Source: Eledone cirrhosa (Eukaryota). Taken from it: 64,000 nucleotides of DNA. The translations under genes were made by a program, and so were the position numbers. The notes beneath the pieces are model-generated. The model was not told where the DNA came from and made no database searches. It worked only from the letters and a program-made list of their open reading frames with translations. Shown one piece after another: positions 42,600-56,927 of this stretch. Location of the stretch: NCBI GenBank assembly GCA_964016885.1, contig OZ024741.1, positions 217,992,001-218,056,000 of the forward strand, written 5' to 3'. Numbering within the stretch: the stretch's first letter is position 1; each line of letters opens with the position of its first letter.

Positions 42600-43130
42600 C
42601 TCTTATACACACACACTTCCACACTCACACACTCACTCACACACACACACATTCACACACACGCACATTCACACTTCCACAATTACACACATACACACTC
42701 ACTCCCACGCACTTACACATACACACACACTTCCACAATCACACACACATACACTCACATTCACACACACACACACACACTCACACACACACACACACGC
42801 ATTCACACACACGCACATTCACACTTCCACAATCACACACATACACACTCACTCCCACGCACTTACACATACACACACACTTCCACAATCACACACACAT
42901 ACACTCACATTCACACACACTCACACACACTCACACACACACACACACGCATTCACACACACGCACATTCACACTTCCACAATCACACACATACACACTC
43001 ACTCCCACGCACTTACACATACACACACACTTCCACAATCACACACACATACACTCACATTCACACACACTCACACACACACACACACACACACATTCAC
43101 ACACACGCACATACATTCACACACACACAC
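42600..43130. repeat. CA-rich compound satellite with higher-order repeats
   Basis: Block ..CACTTCCACAATCACACACATACACACTCACTCCCACGCACTTAC.. repeated three times. Confidence 0.85.
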
Positions 43131-43379
43131 ACTACAATACCCCCCCCGCACACACATACACTCCCCACACACCCACTACCCCCCACAACCACTACTACAC
43201 CCACTACTACACCCACTACTACACCACGTCAACATATACTGATGTAAGGCAACTCATCAGTAGAACGCTGTCTTTCAGAATCTCTTCCATAAAGATGTCC
43301 ATTTCTTAATTGTTTCCGACTCCTCTCTATTCTGACTCTCACTGTTTTCAACCATGGCGTTCATTAACAACCATTGTCT

Positions 43380-44090
43380 CTTCTTCTTCTTCTTCTTCTT
43401 CTTCTTCTTCTTCTTCTTCTTCTTCTTCTTCTTCTTCTTCTTCTTCTTCTTCTTCTTCTTCTTCTTCTTCTTCTTCTTCTTCTTCTTCTTCTTCTTCTTC
43501 TTCTAGCAGATGTAAATGTATTCTTTTAACAGATGTAGGTGTTGTCTTCTAACAGATGTGGGTGTCTTCTCCTAACAGATATAGATTATCTTATAACAGA
43601 TGTGGGTATTGTTTTCTCCTAACAGATGTAGATGTTGTTTTCTCCTAACAGATGTAGATGTTGTTTTCTCCTAACAGATGTAGGTATTGTCTCCTAACAG
43701 ATGTAGGTATTGTCTCCTAACAGATGTAGGTGTTGTCCTATCCTAACAGATGTAGGTGTTGTCCTCTCCTAACAGATGTAGATGTTGTCCCCTAACAGAT
43801 GTAGATGTCTCCTAACAGATGTAGGTATTGTATCCTAACAGATGTAATGTTGTCTTTTCCTAACAGATGTAGGTGTTGTCTTCTCCTAACAGATGTAGAT
43901 GTTGTCTCCTAACATAGGTAGATGTCTCCTAACAGATGTTGGTGTTGTCTTCTCTTAACAGATGTAGGTGATGTCCTCTCCTAACAGATGTAGATGTTGT
44001 CTTCTAACAAATGTAGATGTTGTCCTCTCCTAACAGATGTAGTATTGTCCTCTCCTAACAGATGTAGTGTTGTCCTCTCCTAACATATGT
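43380..44090. repeat. (CTT)n tract followed by a ~22-28-bp minisatellite
   Basis: Unit CTAACAGATGTAGGTGTTGTCTTCTC. Confidence 0.93.
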
Positions 44091-44326
44091 ACATGTCTGA
44101 TGTAACTGGAATATATCCGGGGTTGCTGTACTGTTGTTATTTCTCACTGCACTGTCTCCCTCTCCCGGCAAATGAACAAAAACAAAAAAACACAACAAAA
44201 AAACACAACAACAACAAAAAAACTGTGATCATACATAAAAAAAGGGAAGAAGAAAAATTTAAGGGATTTTATGTTGAATTGATGAGAACCAAAGGTTTGA
44301 AATGTAATCTATAGTTAAAACCCCTG

Positions 44327-44381
<55 letters not shown>

Positions 44382-44388
<7 letters not shown>

Positions 44389-45272
44389 ATACTTTGGGAG
44401 GGTCATGTTGCCAATAAGAAACACACGCACCAGTTGCTTTCACTCCAATTTATTATAAATTAAATTTACAAATTTAAGAAATTTATAAATTTCCGGTTGG
44501 TTGGTTGGTTCCACAACCGGACGGTTGTTCATATATTGTCAAAGTTCTTTCGTCACACATTCTGTGACCTCTTCAGTGACTGGGGATTTTGGTTGGAGTT
44601 CATTTATGTTTATTGCCTCTGTGATTTGACTAAACATTGCGTCTTTTCTGTGTGTAGATTTTATTTTTATTTCTATGTTCTCTAATTTGCCCTTATGTTC
44701 TATTTTAGCATGTTGGTGGAGTACTGATGAATCTTTTCTATCTTGAATCTCTCGCCAGTGTTCATTTAATCGACGCAATGTTTAGACAAATCACAGAGGC
44801 AATAAACATAAATGAACTCCAACCAAAATTAAATAGAAAACATGAATGGAATAGCAACATCACAACTTACAATTAAGGACAAAATGAAAACACACACACA
44901 TAGAACAAACAACCAACCAGTAACATGTAAATAAACAAATAAATAAACAAATAAAAACACACACAAACACCCGGATGTAACACATGCGCAAACTAAGCAC
45001 ACAACACACACAAAAACAAGATGGCGTAGGACAGAACAAAGGAGAGGCACAAAACAAAGAGAAGAATCCCCAGTCATTGAAGAGGTCACAGAATGTGTGA
45101 CGAAAGAACTTTGACAATATATGAACAAACGTCCAGTTGTGGAACCAACCAACCAACGGGAAATTTATAAATTTCTTAAATTTATAAATTTAATTTATAA
45201 TAAATTGAAGTGAAAGCAACTGGTGCGTGTGTTTCTTATTGGCAACATGACCCTCCCAAAGTATAACAATAT
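44382..45272. mobile_element. Penelope-like insertion with inverted pLTRs, GIY-YIG C-terminus and hammerheads
   Basis: Arms 44382-44588 / 45065-45272. RRLNEHW..SVLHQHAKIEH..QITEAININELQPK on -, and FRQITEAININELQPKLNRKHEW on +. Motif gtca-CTGAAGA-ggtcac..gtgac-GAAAG-aa-CTT-tgac at 44538-44580 (-). Confidence 0.85.
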
Positions 45273-45460
45273 CGGTTTCAACACACGTTTTCAGATAAAG
45301 AATCTTGCTAAACAAATTCAGAAACGAAATATATATATATATATATTTATATATTCTACCACTACGGATATTACCTTCCAGGGTTCTACCTATATATATA
45401 TGTGTGTGCATAGAGTGCTTGTTTTGGTACCACACCAGTAATTCACTGAATCAGCTACGT

Positions 45461-45541
<81 letters not shown>

Positions 45542-47322
45542 ACACGCACACCTATATATATAGGTGTGTGTGTGTGTGTGTGAAGGCGCATAGCTTAGTG
45601 GTTAGAGCATCGGGCTTACAATCGTGAGGTTGTGAGTTCGATTCTCGGACCGGGATTTGCGTTGCTTTCTTAGGCAAGACACTTTATTTCACGTGGCTCC
45701 AGTTTACTCATTTGTAGAAATGAGTTGCTTCTGTCACTGGTGCCAAGCTGTATCAGTCATAGCCTTTCCCTTGGATATCATCAGTGGCGTGGAGAGGGGA
45801 GACTGTTATGTATGGGCGACTGCTGGTCTTCCACAAACAACCTTGCCCGGATTTGTACCTCCTTATATAAAGAAAGGATCGATCGACTTTCATCAAATCG
45901 GACCGAGGAAACAATGTTTTCGTTGGTCTTTCCAGTTACTAATACTATCTATCGGTCGCAACTCAATTCCTGGACCGGGCGATGCGTTATGTCCTTGAAC
46001 AAGACACTTTATTTCACGTTGCTCCTTCTACTTGGAGTTACTCCTTATATAAACAGGCATAAATATATCGAAATAAAACATTTCAATGGATATTAGATTA
46101 AAAAATATATATATATCGTATTCCAGAGCATACTCATACGAGGATATTAAAGAAACAGCAATATTTATATCTTGTAAAATAATGAGAACATGAATTTATT
46201 ACTTACATCATAAGTATGATATATTTATATTAAAAATGTTCAGCATATTTTTATGTAAGAAATATTTTAAGTGATGTATCAATGATTGGTTAAACAGCTA
46301 AACAGTTATTCATTTTATTTATTTATTTTTAGATTCCTTAACCCGTAGAGGCCCCATATTAAGATACGACATTTATTGGGCATTTTAAGCCTGGCGGGGC
46401 CCATCCCTTTCCAGGCCTGAGTACAACAGATTTCTTCCCGAGAAAGATAGAAAGTGAGAGACAAGAAATGAGAAAGAAATGTAGAGGAAGAATCCACCCC
46501 AGTACTAGACTGGTATGTTTTTATCGACCTCGAAAGGATGAAAGGTAGAGTTGCCCTCGGTGGGATTTGAACTCTGAGAGCAGAGAGCCTAAACGTATAC
46601 CGCAAAGCATTCTACCCAACGTTCTAACGACTCTGCCAATTCGCTGCCTGTATAAATCACATACAAAATAAAAATAAAAAACACACTATTAGAGGGAACA
46701 AAAAAGGGGAGAAAAAATGAATTAAAAAGGAGAAAAAGAAAAAAAAAACAGTTCTTCAGAATGTTGAAAATAGGAAAGTTGACATCGGTGGGATTAGAAC
46801 TCAAAGAACCGAAACGAATATCGCAAAGCATTCTATCTGACTTTCTAACAACTCTGCCAATTCGCCACCTACGTTCATTTTATTAAATTCCTCCAATTTT
46901 TTTTATTAATTTCAAGATCATTTGAAACACAAAGTCAGGGTATTTCATTAGAAATATGGTAACAAATGTGCGAGACAACAAATTTTGTCCAAGATATTTT
47001 GCTAAATTATCACGTCATTTATACACAAAAACATCTACATATCAGCCAAGTCCATATTGTTTGGTAGTGCAAGTAAAGGCCGCACTTCACTGAGGAAGAC
47101 TTATAAAACTGAAACATAACTGAAACTGTCATCGTAATGTTAAGATCAGACGTAGTGTATTACCTTCATTCTATTATGATTTAACTTTCACAAAGTAAGA
47201 TTTTATCTTGATTTCCCTGGCTTTCTGAACCAGAATTATACATACATACATACATACATACATACATACATACATACATACATACATACATACATACATA
47301 AATATATACATAAATACATACA

Positions 47323-47352
<30 letters not shown>

Positions 47353-47353
<1 letters not shown>

Positions 47354-48610
47354 GCTGTGCCAATTCTAACGCCAACATTTGGCCTACTGAACTGGTCATT
47401 GCAAGAACTAAGTGAGATGGATGTTAGAACTCGAAAACTTCTCAGTGTTACTGGGAACTTTAACATCAATGGTGATGTGGATAGGCTATACTTATCACGC
47501 AAGGAAGGTGGCCGGGGTCTAAAATCAATATTAACAACATATGAGACCCCGATAGTGACACTGAAGCAACACCTTCAACAGAGGAAAAAGGTTGGCAACC
47601 ATCTTGCCCAGGTTTATGACCATGAAAAAAGAAATATCATTAGAATAGCGACTGATCTGGAGGAGAGATATGGAATAAAGCCCGATATAAATCTCTCACC
47701 CAGAGAAATCGGAAGATCCTATTCAATGTCCAAACAAGAAAAAAAAATTGACCAATTTACAGAAAAAGTTGTGCATGGATACTTGAGGCGTAAAACACAG
47801 ACCATAGAGGGGATAAACCACTCAAAAAGCCTGGCATGGAGTTCCGACAAGTTTATGACATCACACCTTGAGGGATATCTCTATGCAATACAGGAACAAG
47901 AACTCCCTACCAAATATCTGCTGCACAAAAGAGGAGGGCCAGCAGCTGACAATAAATGTAGGCTATGTAAAACAAAGATCGAGGATGTAAGCCACATTGT
48001 TGCCAGCTGCGAAAGAATGTCATCTCGCTACTACCTCCCCACGAGACACGATGGGATAGCTAGAACCATCTGGAACGCACTTCGGAAAACAAAATTAACA
48101 ACAAACGAGGAAGAATATATTGAGATAGATGGCACTAAGAAATACTGGTGGAACCTGAAAATAAAAACTGCCACCAAATTAAAGCACAACCGGCCTGATA
48201 TTGTAGTTTGGGACCACACATTGAAAACGTGTTCTGTTGTGGAGATCAGCTGCCCACTTGATGTAAACGTTGTCAGAAAAATACAGGAGAAGGAGGACAT
48301 CTACGGACCATTGATGAGGAGTTTACAAATCCAGTATCCAAGATACACCTTTAGCTTCATACCCATCATTATTGGTGCTACGGGTTATATACCAACCCGC
48401 TTGGACCAAAGTATGACTGAACTTGGATTTGCGGACAAAAAGCGCAGCTCCCTAATTCATAGTCTACAAATGGCTGCGATAGCTGGCACCTTCAAAATTT
48501 GCAAAACATTCTTGCGATTCAAGGGATGACAATTTCTTTTCTTTTACAACCTTGCCACCAGGAAGGTGGCCGGTCAAAAAAATATACTCAAAATTAAGAG
48601 AAAGAGAAAA
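47353..48610 (+). mobile_element. 5'-truncated R4/Dong-like non-LTR retrotransposon (copy A)
   Basis: Flanked on both sides by (CATA)n; carries an uninterrupted C-terminal ORF. Confidence 0.88.
47357..48529 (+). CDS. RT thumb / CCHC knuckle / restriction-like endonuclease of an R4-like LINE (partial)
   Basis: RLYLSRKEGGRGL; CRLC..EDVSHIVASC; RHD; RPDIVVWD..VVEISCP; PIIIGATG. Confidence 0.88.
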   Translation: MPILTPTFGLLNWSLQELSEMDVRTRKLLSVTGNFNINGDVDRLYLSRKEGGRGLKSILTTYETPIVTLKQHLQQRKKVGNHLAQVYDHEKRNIIRIATDLEERYGIKPDINLSPREIGRSYSMSKQEKKIDQFTEKVVHGYLRRKTQTIEGINHSKSLAWSSDKFMTSHLEGYLYAIQEQELPTKYLLHKRGGPAADNKCRLCKTKIEDVSHIVASCERMSSRYYLPTRHDGIARTIWNALRKTKLTTNEEEYIEIDGTKKYWWNLKIKTATKLKHNRPDIVVWDHTLKTCSVVEISCPLDVNVVRKIQEKEDIYGPLMRSLQIQYPRYTFSFIPIIIGATGYIPTRLDQSMTELGFADKKRSSLIHSLQMAAIAGTFKICKTFLRFKG

Positions 48611-48628
48611 CATACATACATACATACA

Positions 48629-48662
<34 letters not shown>

Positions 48663-48685
48663 CATACTAACATACATACATACAT

Positions 48686-51484
48686 GGTGGCTGCCAACTC
48701 GTTTTCGAGTACGGCCACTACTTTATATCCATGTAGGAGAACCCCTACCGATGCGCTGAACGAGTGTGACGTTTTAGTCCAGCCAGCGACTTGAAAACTC
48801 TGGTACAAACACTACACTTGTGACAATTATTGACACATAGTGCTAGGCCCATGGTACCATGTGACGACAAGTGCTTTTGGAGAAAAATATGGGGTGAAAA
48901 GAAGAATTTCAACCAAGATGCAATATGACTAAAAGAAATCCAAAAGAACTATTGCCCCTACACTACAATAAAAACATACGAAATAAGTGAGACTACCCTT
49001 GAGACTGTGATAGGAAAACTCCAAGATAAGAAAACACCAGGAAGAGACATGATTGTCGGCTACTGGTACAAAAAAATGATATTCTATCGGAGGTATCTTA
49101 CCGACCTCTACCAACAAGTTCTTAAGGGAGATACACTTATACCAGAATGGTTGACATTAGCACAAACATTACTGGTCCCCAAGAATAAAGACACACACTT
49201 GGTAAAAAACTACCGACCCATTGCATGCCAGAACCTGATGTATAAGATGTATACAGCCTGCCTGAACCTATTCCTCCAAGATCACTGTGAAAATAATAAC
49301 ATCATCACAGATGAACAAGCAGCTGGAAAGAAAGGGATTTGGGGATGTGCTGAACAACTCCTAATCAACAAAACTGCGATATCGGAGGTGCGACAACTTA
49401 GGAGGAATATGGCAACAGTCTGGTTGGACTACAGGAAAGCTTTCGATTCTCTTCCCCACTCTTGGATGATAGAGGACCTCCAACTTGCTAAAGTCCCAGA
49501 CATTATTGTCAGAGCCATAGAGAGGCTTTCTTCTTCTTGGGCTACTATCCTAAAGTTAAAGACAGATAAAATAGAATATTCTATTTTCACAGATAAAATA
49601 GAATATCACAGGGGTATATTTCAAGGAGATAGTCTCTCTGTGATATTTATCCTGTCATTAAACCCATTGTCCTTTCTCCTCAAGAAATGTGAGGGATACA
49701 TCATTGGCTCACAGAAGGACAGAAATACGAACCTAACCCACAATTTCTTTGTGGATGATCTGAAGCTCTATGCCAAAAACATAGATGGGATGAAGAAAAA
49801 TCTTAACCTGGTTACAACATTCTCAAAGGATATAGGAATGGAGTTTGGCCAAGATAAATGCTCATATATGACTGTAAAATGGGAAAAACAACAACCCAAT
49901 CTAGCAACATTGTCATCAATGGCCTAACTGTTTCACCGATATCTGATGAGGACTGCTACAGATACCTGGGGATAGATTAGAACATATCCTTTAATGGCAT
50001 CTGTAATAAGGAACGCGTAACCAGGGAATACTACACCCGATTAAGAAAGATCTAGTCATCGGAACTCTCTGCGCACAACAAAACAGTGGCTCACAATGTG
50101 TTTGCTGTGCCTGTCCTAACACCAACGTTTGGAATACTCAATTGAACGATAGACGCAATCCGAGCAATTGATGTTAGAACTCGAAAAATACTAAACAACA
50201 TCGGAAACTTCCACATCAACAGTGACATAGACCCCCTTTACTTGAAACGTAAGCAGGGAGGTAGAGGCCTAACATCAGTCCAGACAGCATTTGAATGTCG
50301 CATCATATCACTCCGACAACATCTACGAACCTCGAAGCGTAGGAGCCCGTCTTTCGAGCAAGTCTATCTGCATGAAACAGATAAGATCATGAGAGTTGGG
50401 AAGGAACTCCTCGAAAGATATTCCCTGTGTGATAATCAAAAACTCACACCCAGGGAAGTCGCTCAGCAGTATCGCAGTGAATCCATGGATAAAATACTGC
50501 ATGCTTGTCAGCAAAAAATCATGCATGGATATGTTGCCAGGAAGCTCCAGAGTAAGAGTAATATAGATAAAGAAAGTAGTCTCTCTTGGACCAACAACCA
50601 CTATATTGGCTCCCACTTTGAAGGATACGCTTATGCAATCCAAGAACAGGAAATTAACACGAAATACCAGATTCAAAAAAGAGATAGGGATGCAAGCAAA
50701 ACACCTAGATGTGATAACAAGTGCAGCCTCTGCAGAATTAACATCGAAGATGTCACCCATGTGAGGCATGATGTAGTGGCCAAAACACTCTACAATGTAA
50801 TCTGTAGAAAAGAAAGCCCCGATAATAAACAATAAACACATTATAAGCTACAGCAATGTGGAAGACATTCATATACATAATATGAAAGAGTACTGGTGGA
50901 ATGTCCCAGTAAAAACCACAATAAAATGCAGGTATAACAGACCAGATATTATGATATGGGACAGGGAGAAGAAGCAATGCACAGTAGTTGAAGTTAGCTG
51001 CCCAGCAGATGCCAATATAATATCAAAGATTAGCGAAAAGGAGAATATTTATGCAGAACTGATGAGAAATCTGCAGATACTCCACCCTGATTAAACCTTC
51101 AGATTTATGCCTGTGATTATTGGGGCACTGGGGTATGTTAGTAACTGCCCCAATACAAATCTTGAGAAGCTGGGCTTCACAGGGACAGAAAGAACACAAC
51201 TAGTTAGGAAATTACATTAATGGAACAGTAAAAATATGTAAAACATTCCAAAAATGTTGCATCTAATAACTGCATATACACATGTACAGATACAAAGCAT
51301 ATACACATGCACACATACAACTCAAAACATCCACATCCACACATACAATAACATCGCTACCTACACATGCATACATAATCTACCTAGTTGATGTGTAAAT
51401 TCCAATGAGAGAGTCTTGTGTCTATGTTAGAAACCGACTCTCTCTCTATTGGCAAAAATTTGTGAAATTATAAAACCAGAAGAA
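48686..51484 (+). mobile_element. R4/Dong-like LINE pseudocopy B (structured 5' segment joined to RT-RLE region)
   Basis: NYRPIAC, WLDYRKAFDSLPHSW, GIFQGDSLS, FFVDDLKLY, DIGMEFGQDKC and RPDIMIWD, with stops and frameshifts; ends at (CATA)n. Confidence 0.9.
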
Positions 51485-51699
51485 CATACATACGTATATA
51501 CATACATACATACTATACAGTCAACGCGATCAGTGGCATATTTTGGTGTGGGAGACTATTTATTAAATTTAAGTTGAATACTATCTCTGACAGTAATGCC
51601 ACAACTACAGTCATGTTGAATAACAGGTTATTCTTCTAACTATATCTTCTGAAGACACTTTTTATTCGAATTCGTAGAGATATCCGACTAAATACATAA

Positions 51700-54600
51700 T
51701 TCATTTTACAAGGATTTGCTACAAACAGCATGGCTGAACACAACATCAACAACAAAATTAAGGAAGTACCGAAGACAACCAACAAGAAAGGTAAACAAAC
51801 TTTATTCAGTTGTAGCTACAGAAGAAACCGAAATTATAAATCGCATTTCTCTTGGAGTTGCGAACTTAATAATGATTTATTTAATTGTTATAAAATGGCA
51901 AAAAAACAATCCCTTCACTGGCTATATGAACAGAATGAAGCTACACTGGGACGAAATGCACCCAGAGTTAAATTATTTCACAGCGAAACAATTACGCCAA
52001 CAAGCGACGTTTGTTGAACGTAAAAATAAGATAAATATTATTAATTCTAAGTCCCCCACAACAAACATGTTATCAACAACACGTGCTACAGGTCGCCATG
52101 CTACTAGACTTCCTAGCAGCCAGGTCGAACAGCGTCTTGAAACAACTATGCCTGTAAGAAACTTGAGACCACCTGTACCATCTAAGTTTACCTCGAATGA
52201 TAATAATGAACGAAGAAATTTGACACCACGTGTACCATCCGAGTCTACCTCGACTGTTGTGGAAATTACTATCGATAATGATAATAATCAAAAGTATAAA
52301 CAATTGAAAATTTCCTCAACGAAATCTTCCAGAGAGAAATTAATTCATGTATAAATTTCTCTCTTGCTGAACGTGTTAAAACGACAATGTTTAATAAAAA
52401 ACCAAATAATGAAATATTACGGGTTATTGACGAAATAGGGGATGAATATTTACGACGGATAAAAACCCCAACATTTTGGCAAATCAACGCCTGTTTATAT
52501 GCCTTAGCAACGACAGTGAAGCATTATCTTGGTGATAGCAGAGATGTTAACAAGAACAGAACACCACCAAAAATACCATCATATATAACTAAAATAGAAA
52601 AAAAGAGTGCTGACCTACGAAAAACCATAGGATATGTGACAATGCCCCTTACATGCAAACAAACACAAAAACCTCACTCCTCACCAACAAAGAGGGAAAC
52701 ATAAAATAGAGACGATGTTTTGTAACAGTAGAACCAGAACTCTTCAATATAAGCTGATCACCCTCAAACAAGAATTGAGAGCTGTTAGCGAAAAACGCCG
52801 ATACCTGAAGAAGGTAGATGAGAGAAAAGTGCTTAATAAAAGATTCAGACGAAACCAAACATCAGTCTATAGAGATATGGAGAACAAAATAATAAGTGTC
52901 ACTGAGGCTCCATCAAAGAAAGACATAGATTCCTTTTGGAGCAAAATATGGGGTGAAAAGAAGAATTTCAACCAAGATGCAGTGTGGCTAAGAGAAATCG
53001 GAAAGAACTATTGCTCCTACACTACAACAAAAACATACGAAATAAGTGAGACTGTGATAGGAAAACTCCAAGATAAGAAAACACCAGGAAGAGACATGAT
53101 TGTCAGCTACTGGTACAAAAAAATGATATTCTATCGGAGGTATCTTACTTACCTCTACCAACAAGTTCTTAAGGGAGATACACTTATACCAGAATGGTTG
53201 ACATTAGCACAAACATTACTGGTCCCCAAGACAAAGACACCCACTTGGCAAAAAACTACAGACCCATTGCATGCCAGAACCTGATGTATAAGATGTATAC
53301 AGCCTGCCTGAACCTATTCCTCCAAGATCACTGTGAAAATAATAACATCATCACAGATGAACAAGCAGCTGGAAAGAAAGGGGTTTGGGATGTGCTGAAC
53401 AACTCCTAATCAACAAAACTGCGATATCGGAGGTGCGAGAACTTAGGAGGAATATGGCTACAGTCTAGCTTGACTACAGGAAAGCTTTCGATTCTGTTCC
53501 CCACTCTTGGATGATAGAGGCCCTCCAACTTGCTAAAGTCCCAGACATTATTGTCAGAGCCATAGAGAGGCTGTCTTCTTCTTGGGCTACTATCCTAAGG
53601 TTAAAGACAGAGAAGGAGGACTCTATTTTCATTAATAAAATAAAATATTTCAGGGGCACAGTCTCTCTGTGATATTATTCATCTTGTCATTAAACCCCTT
53701 GTCCTTTCTGCTAAAGAAATGTGAGGGATACATCATTGGCTCACAGGAGGAGAGAAATGCGAACCTAACCCATAATTTCTTTGTGGACGATCTGAAACTC
53801 TATGCCAAGAACATGGATGGGATGAAGAAAAATCTTGACCTGGTTACAACGTTTTCAAAGGATATAGGAATTGAGTGTGGCCAAAGTTCATACATGACTG
53901 TAAAGCGGGGAAAAACAACAACCCAATCTAGCAACATTGTCATCAATGGCCTAACTGTTTCACCGATATCTGATGAGGACTGCTACAGATACCTGGGGAT
54001 AGATTAGAACATATCCTATAATGGTATCTGTAATAAAGAACGCGTAACCAGGGAATACTACACCCGATTAAGAAAGATCTTGTCATCGGAACTCTTTGCG
54101 CAAAACAAAACAGTGGCTCACAATGTGTTTGCTGTGCCTGTCCTAACACCAACATTTGGAATACTCAATTGGACGATAGACGAAATCCGAGCAGTTGATG
54201 TTGGAACTCGAAAAATACTAAACAACACCGGAAACTTCCACATCAACAGTGACATAGACCGCCTTTACTTGAAACATAAGCAGCGAGACAGAGGCCTAAC
54301 ATCAGTCCAGACAACATTTGAATGTCGCATCATATCTCTCCGACAACATCTACGAACCTCGAAGCGTAGGGGCCCGTTTCTCGAGCAAGTCTATCTGCAT
54401 GAAACAGATGAGATCATGAGAGTTGGGAAGGAACTCCTTGAGAGATATTCCCTGTGTGATAATCAAAAACTCACACCCAGAGAAGTCGCTCAGCAGTATC
54501 GCAGTGAATCCATGGATAAAATACTGCATGCTTGTCAGCAGAAAATCATGCTTGGATATGTTTCCAGGAAGCTCCAGAGTGAGAGTAATATAGATAAGGA

Positions 54601-55533
54601 AAGTAGTCTATCTTGGACCAACAACCGCTATATTGGCTTCCACTTTGAAGGATACGCTTTTGCAATCCAAGAACAGGAGATTAACACGAAATACCTGATT
54701 CACAAAAGTGATAGGGATGCAGGCAAAACACCTAGATGTGATAACAGGTGCATACTCTGCAGAACTAACATCGAAGATGTTACCCATGTGAGGCATGATG
54801 TAGTGGCCAAAACACTCTACAATGTAATCTGTAGAAAAGATAGTCCCGATAATAAACAATAAACACATTATAAGCTACAGCAATGTGGAAGACATTCATA
54901 TACATAATATGAAAGAGTACTGGTGGAATGTCCCAGTAAAAACCACAATAAAATGCAGGAATAACAGACCAGATATTATGATATAGGACAGGGAAAAGAA
55001 GGCATGCACAGTTGTAGAAGTTAGCTGCCCAGTAGATGCCAATATAATATCAAAGATTAGCGAAAAGGAGAATATTTATGCAGAACTAATGAGAAATCTG
55101 CAGATACTCCACTCTGATTACACCTTCAGATTTATGCCTGTGATTATTGGGGCACTGGGGTATGTTAGTAACTGCCTCAATACAAATCTTGAGAAGCTAG
55201 GCTTCACAGGAACAGAAAGAACACAACTAGTTAGGAAATTACAAGTACAATCCATTAATGGAACAGTAAAAATATGTAAAACATTTCAAAAATGTTGCAT
55301 CTAATAACTGCATATACACATGTACAGATACAAAGCATATACACATGCACACATACAACTCAAAACATACACATCCATACATACAATAACATCCATATCT
55401 ACACATGCAGACATGCATACATATCTACCTAGTTGATGTTGTGTAAATTCCAATGAGAGAGTCTTGTGTCTATGTTAGAAACCGACACTCTCTTTATTGG
55501 GAAAACATTTGTGAAATTATAAAACCAGAAGAA
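51700..55533 (+). mobile_element. Near-full-length R4/Dong-like LINE pseudocopy C
   Basis: N-terminal YMNRMKLHWDEMHP..AKQLRQQ; RT and RLE region collinear with copy B from 52933; same 3' UTR ending at (CATA)n. Confidence 0.88.
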
Positions 55534-55579
55534 CATACATGTGTACATACATACATAAATACATTCATACATACATACG

Positions 55580-55660
<81 letters not shown>

Positions 55661-55748
55661 ATACAAACACATACAAACATATATACATACATACCCACAT
55701 ACATGCATACATACATGCATACATACATATATATCTACATGCATCATA

Positions 55749-55845
<97 letters not shown>

Positions 55846-56530
55846 ATATATATATAAACTATACACACACACACTCGCTCTCTCTCTTTCTCACACACAC
55901 ATACACTCACACACACATATACACACACACATATATATATATATATACATATATAGATGCACACACGCACATATATATGTATACACCAAACCCTTCGATT
56001 GATTTAAAGTTAATGTCACGCTGTTCTTAATGGATATATTATGACAAGGAGCGGTGAAGCTTATCTTTATCAACGGTTGACGTAACTCTATTATTGCTCG
56101 GAAATATAACATTATTTCTGCTCAATTCTCGAGAATTGCATTCAAGTGAAGTACTATTGAAATATATAGAGAGTGTCGGCTGTTTATATTTAGAGTTCTG
56201 CTGTAATGAAAGGAGAAGACGGAGCTGAACGGTCGTCGACATGTTTTTGCTCAGATTTCAAGGAGACTAAATCAATCTATTGACCGAAAATGTTTGAAAA
56301 ATGTAATAAATCTTGAGATTCGATTAGGAAACCTTGGCATTTCGGAGTAAATTTCTAATTTCCTTGACACCTACCATCCTATTTAACTAACTAAGGAGCC
56401 AACCAGTCATCCTATACTACTAACTAACAACCAGCAATCATTTACAACCAACTAAACAGCCAACTAACCAACCAGCCAGTCGGCCAACCAACCAGCTGTA
56501 TCCTCCTTACTCCCTTCCCCTTATCTCTCA

Positions 56531-56632
<102 letters not shown>

Positions 56633-56927
56633 CAACCCCCCCCATATATATATATATATTAGAATTGGTGCTCTGAAATAGCGATATATATATGAATGTA
56701 TATATAGTGTATTTTGCAATACACTGTATGCTTAATTAAAAGCATTTCGAAGACCTTACACTATTGTTTTAGAGTAGTGAGTGTCTCACTTACTTTATCT
56801 TTCAGCAAACAGGGGAGATAAAGCTGACAGAGCTCTGTTTCACACTTTTTGGTGCTTAACAAATCTAACTACTCCACCTGTTTGCTGAAAATCATGAATG
56901 TTTGATTCTTATATATATATATATATA

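Noticed and set aside
56800-56895. Additional hammerheads (also ~960-995, ~47088, ~61355, ~61787)
   Set aside because: Only one core half or no stem I; too degenerate to call.
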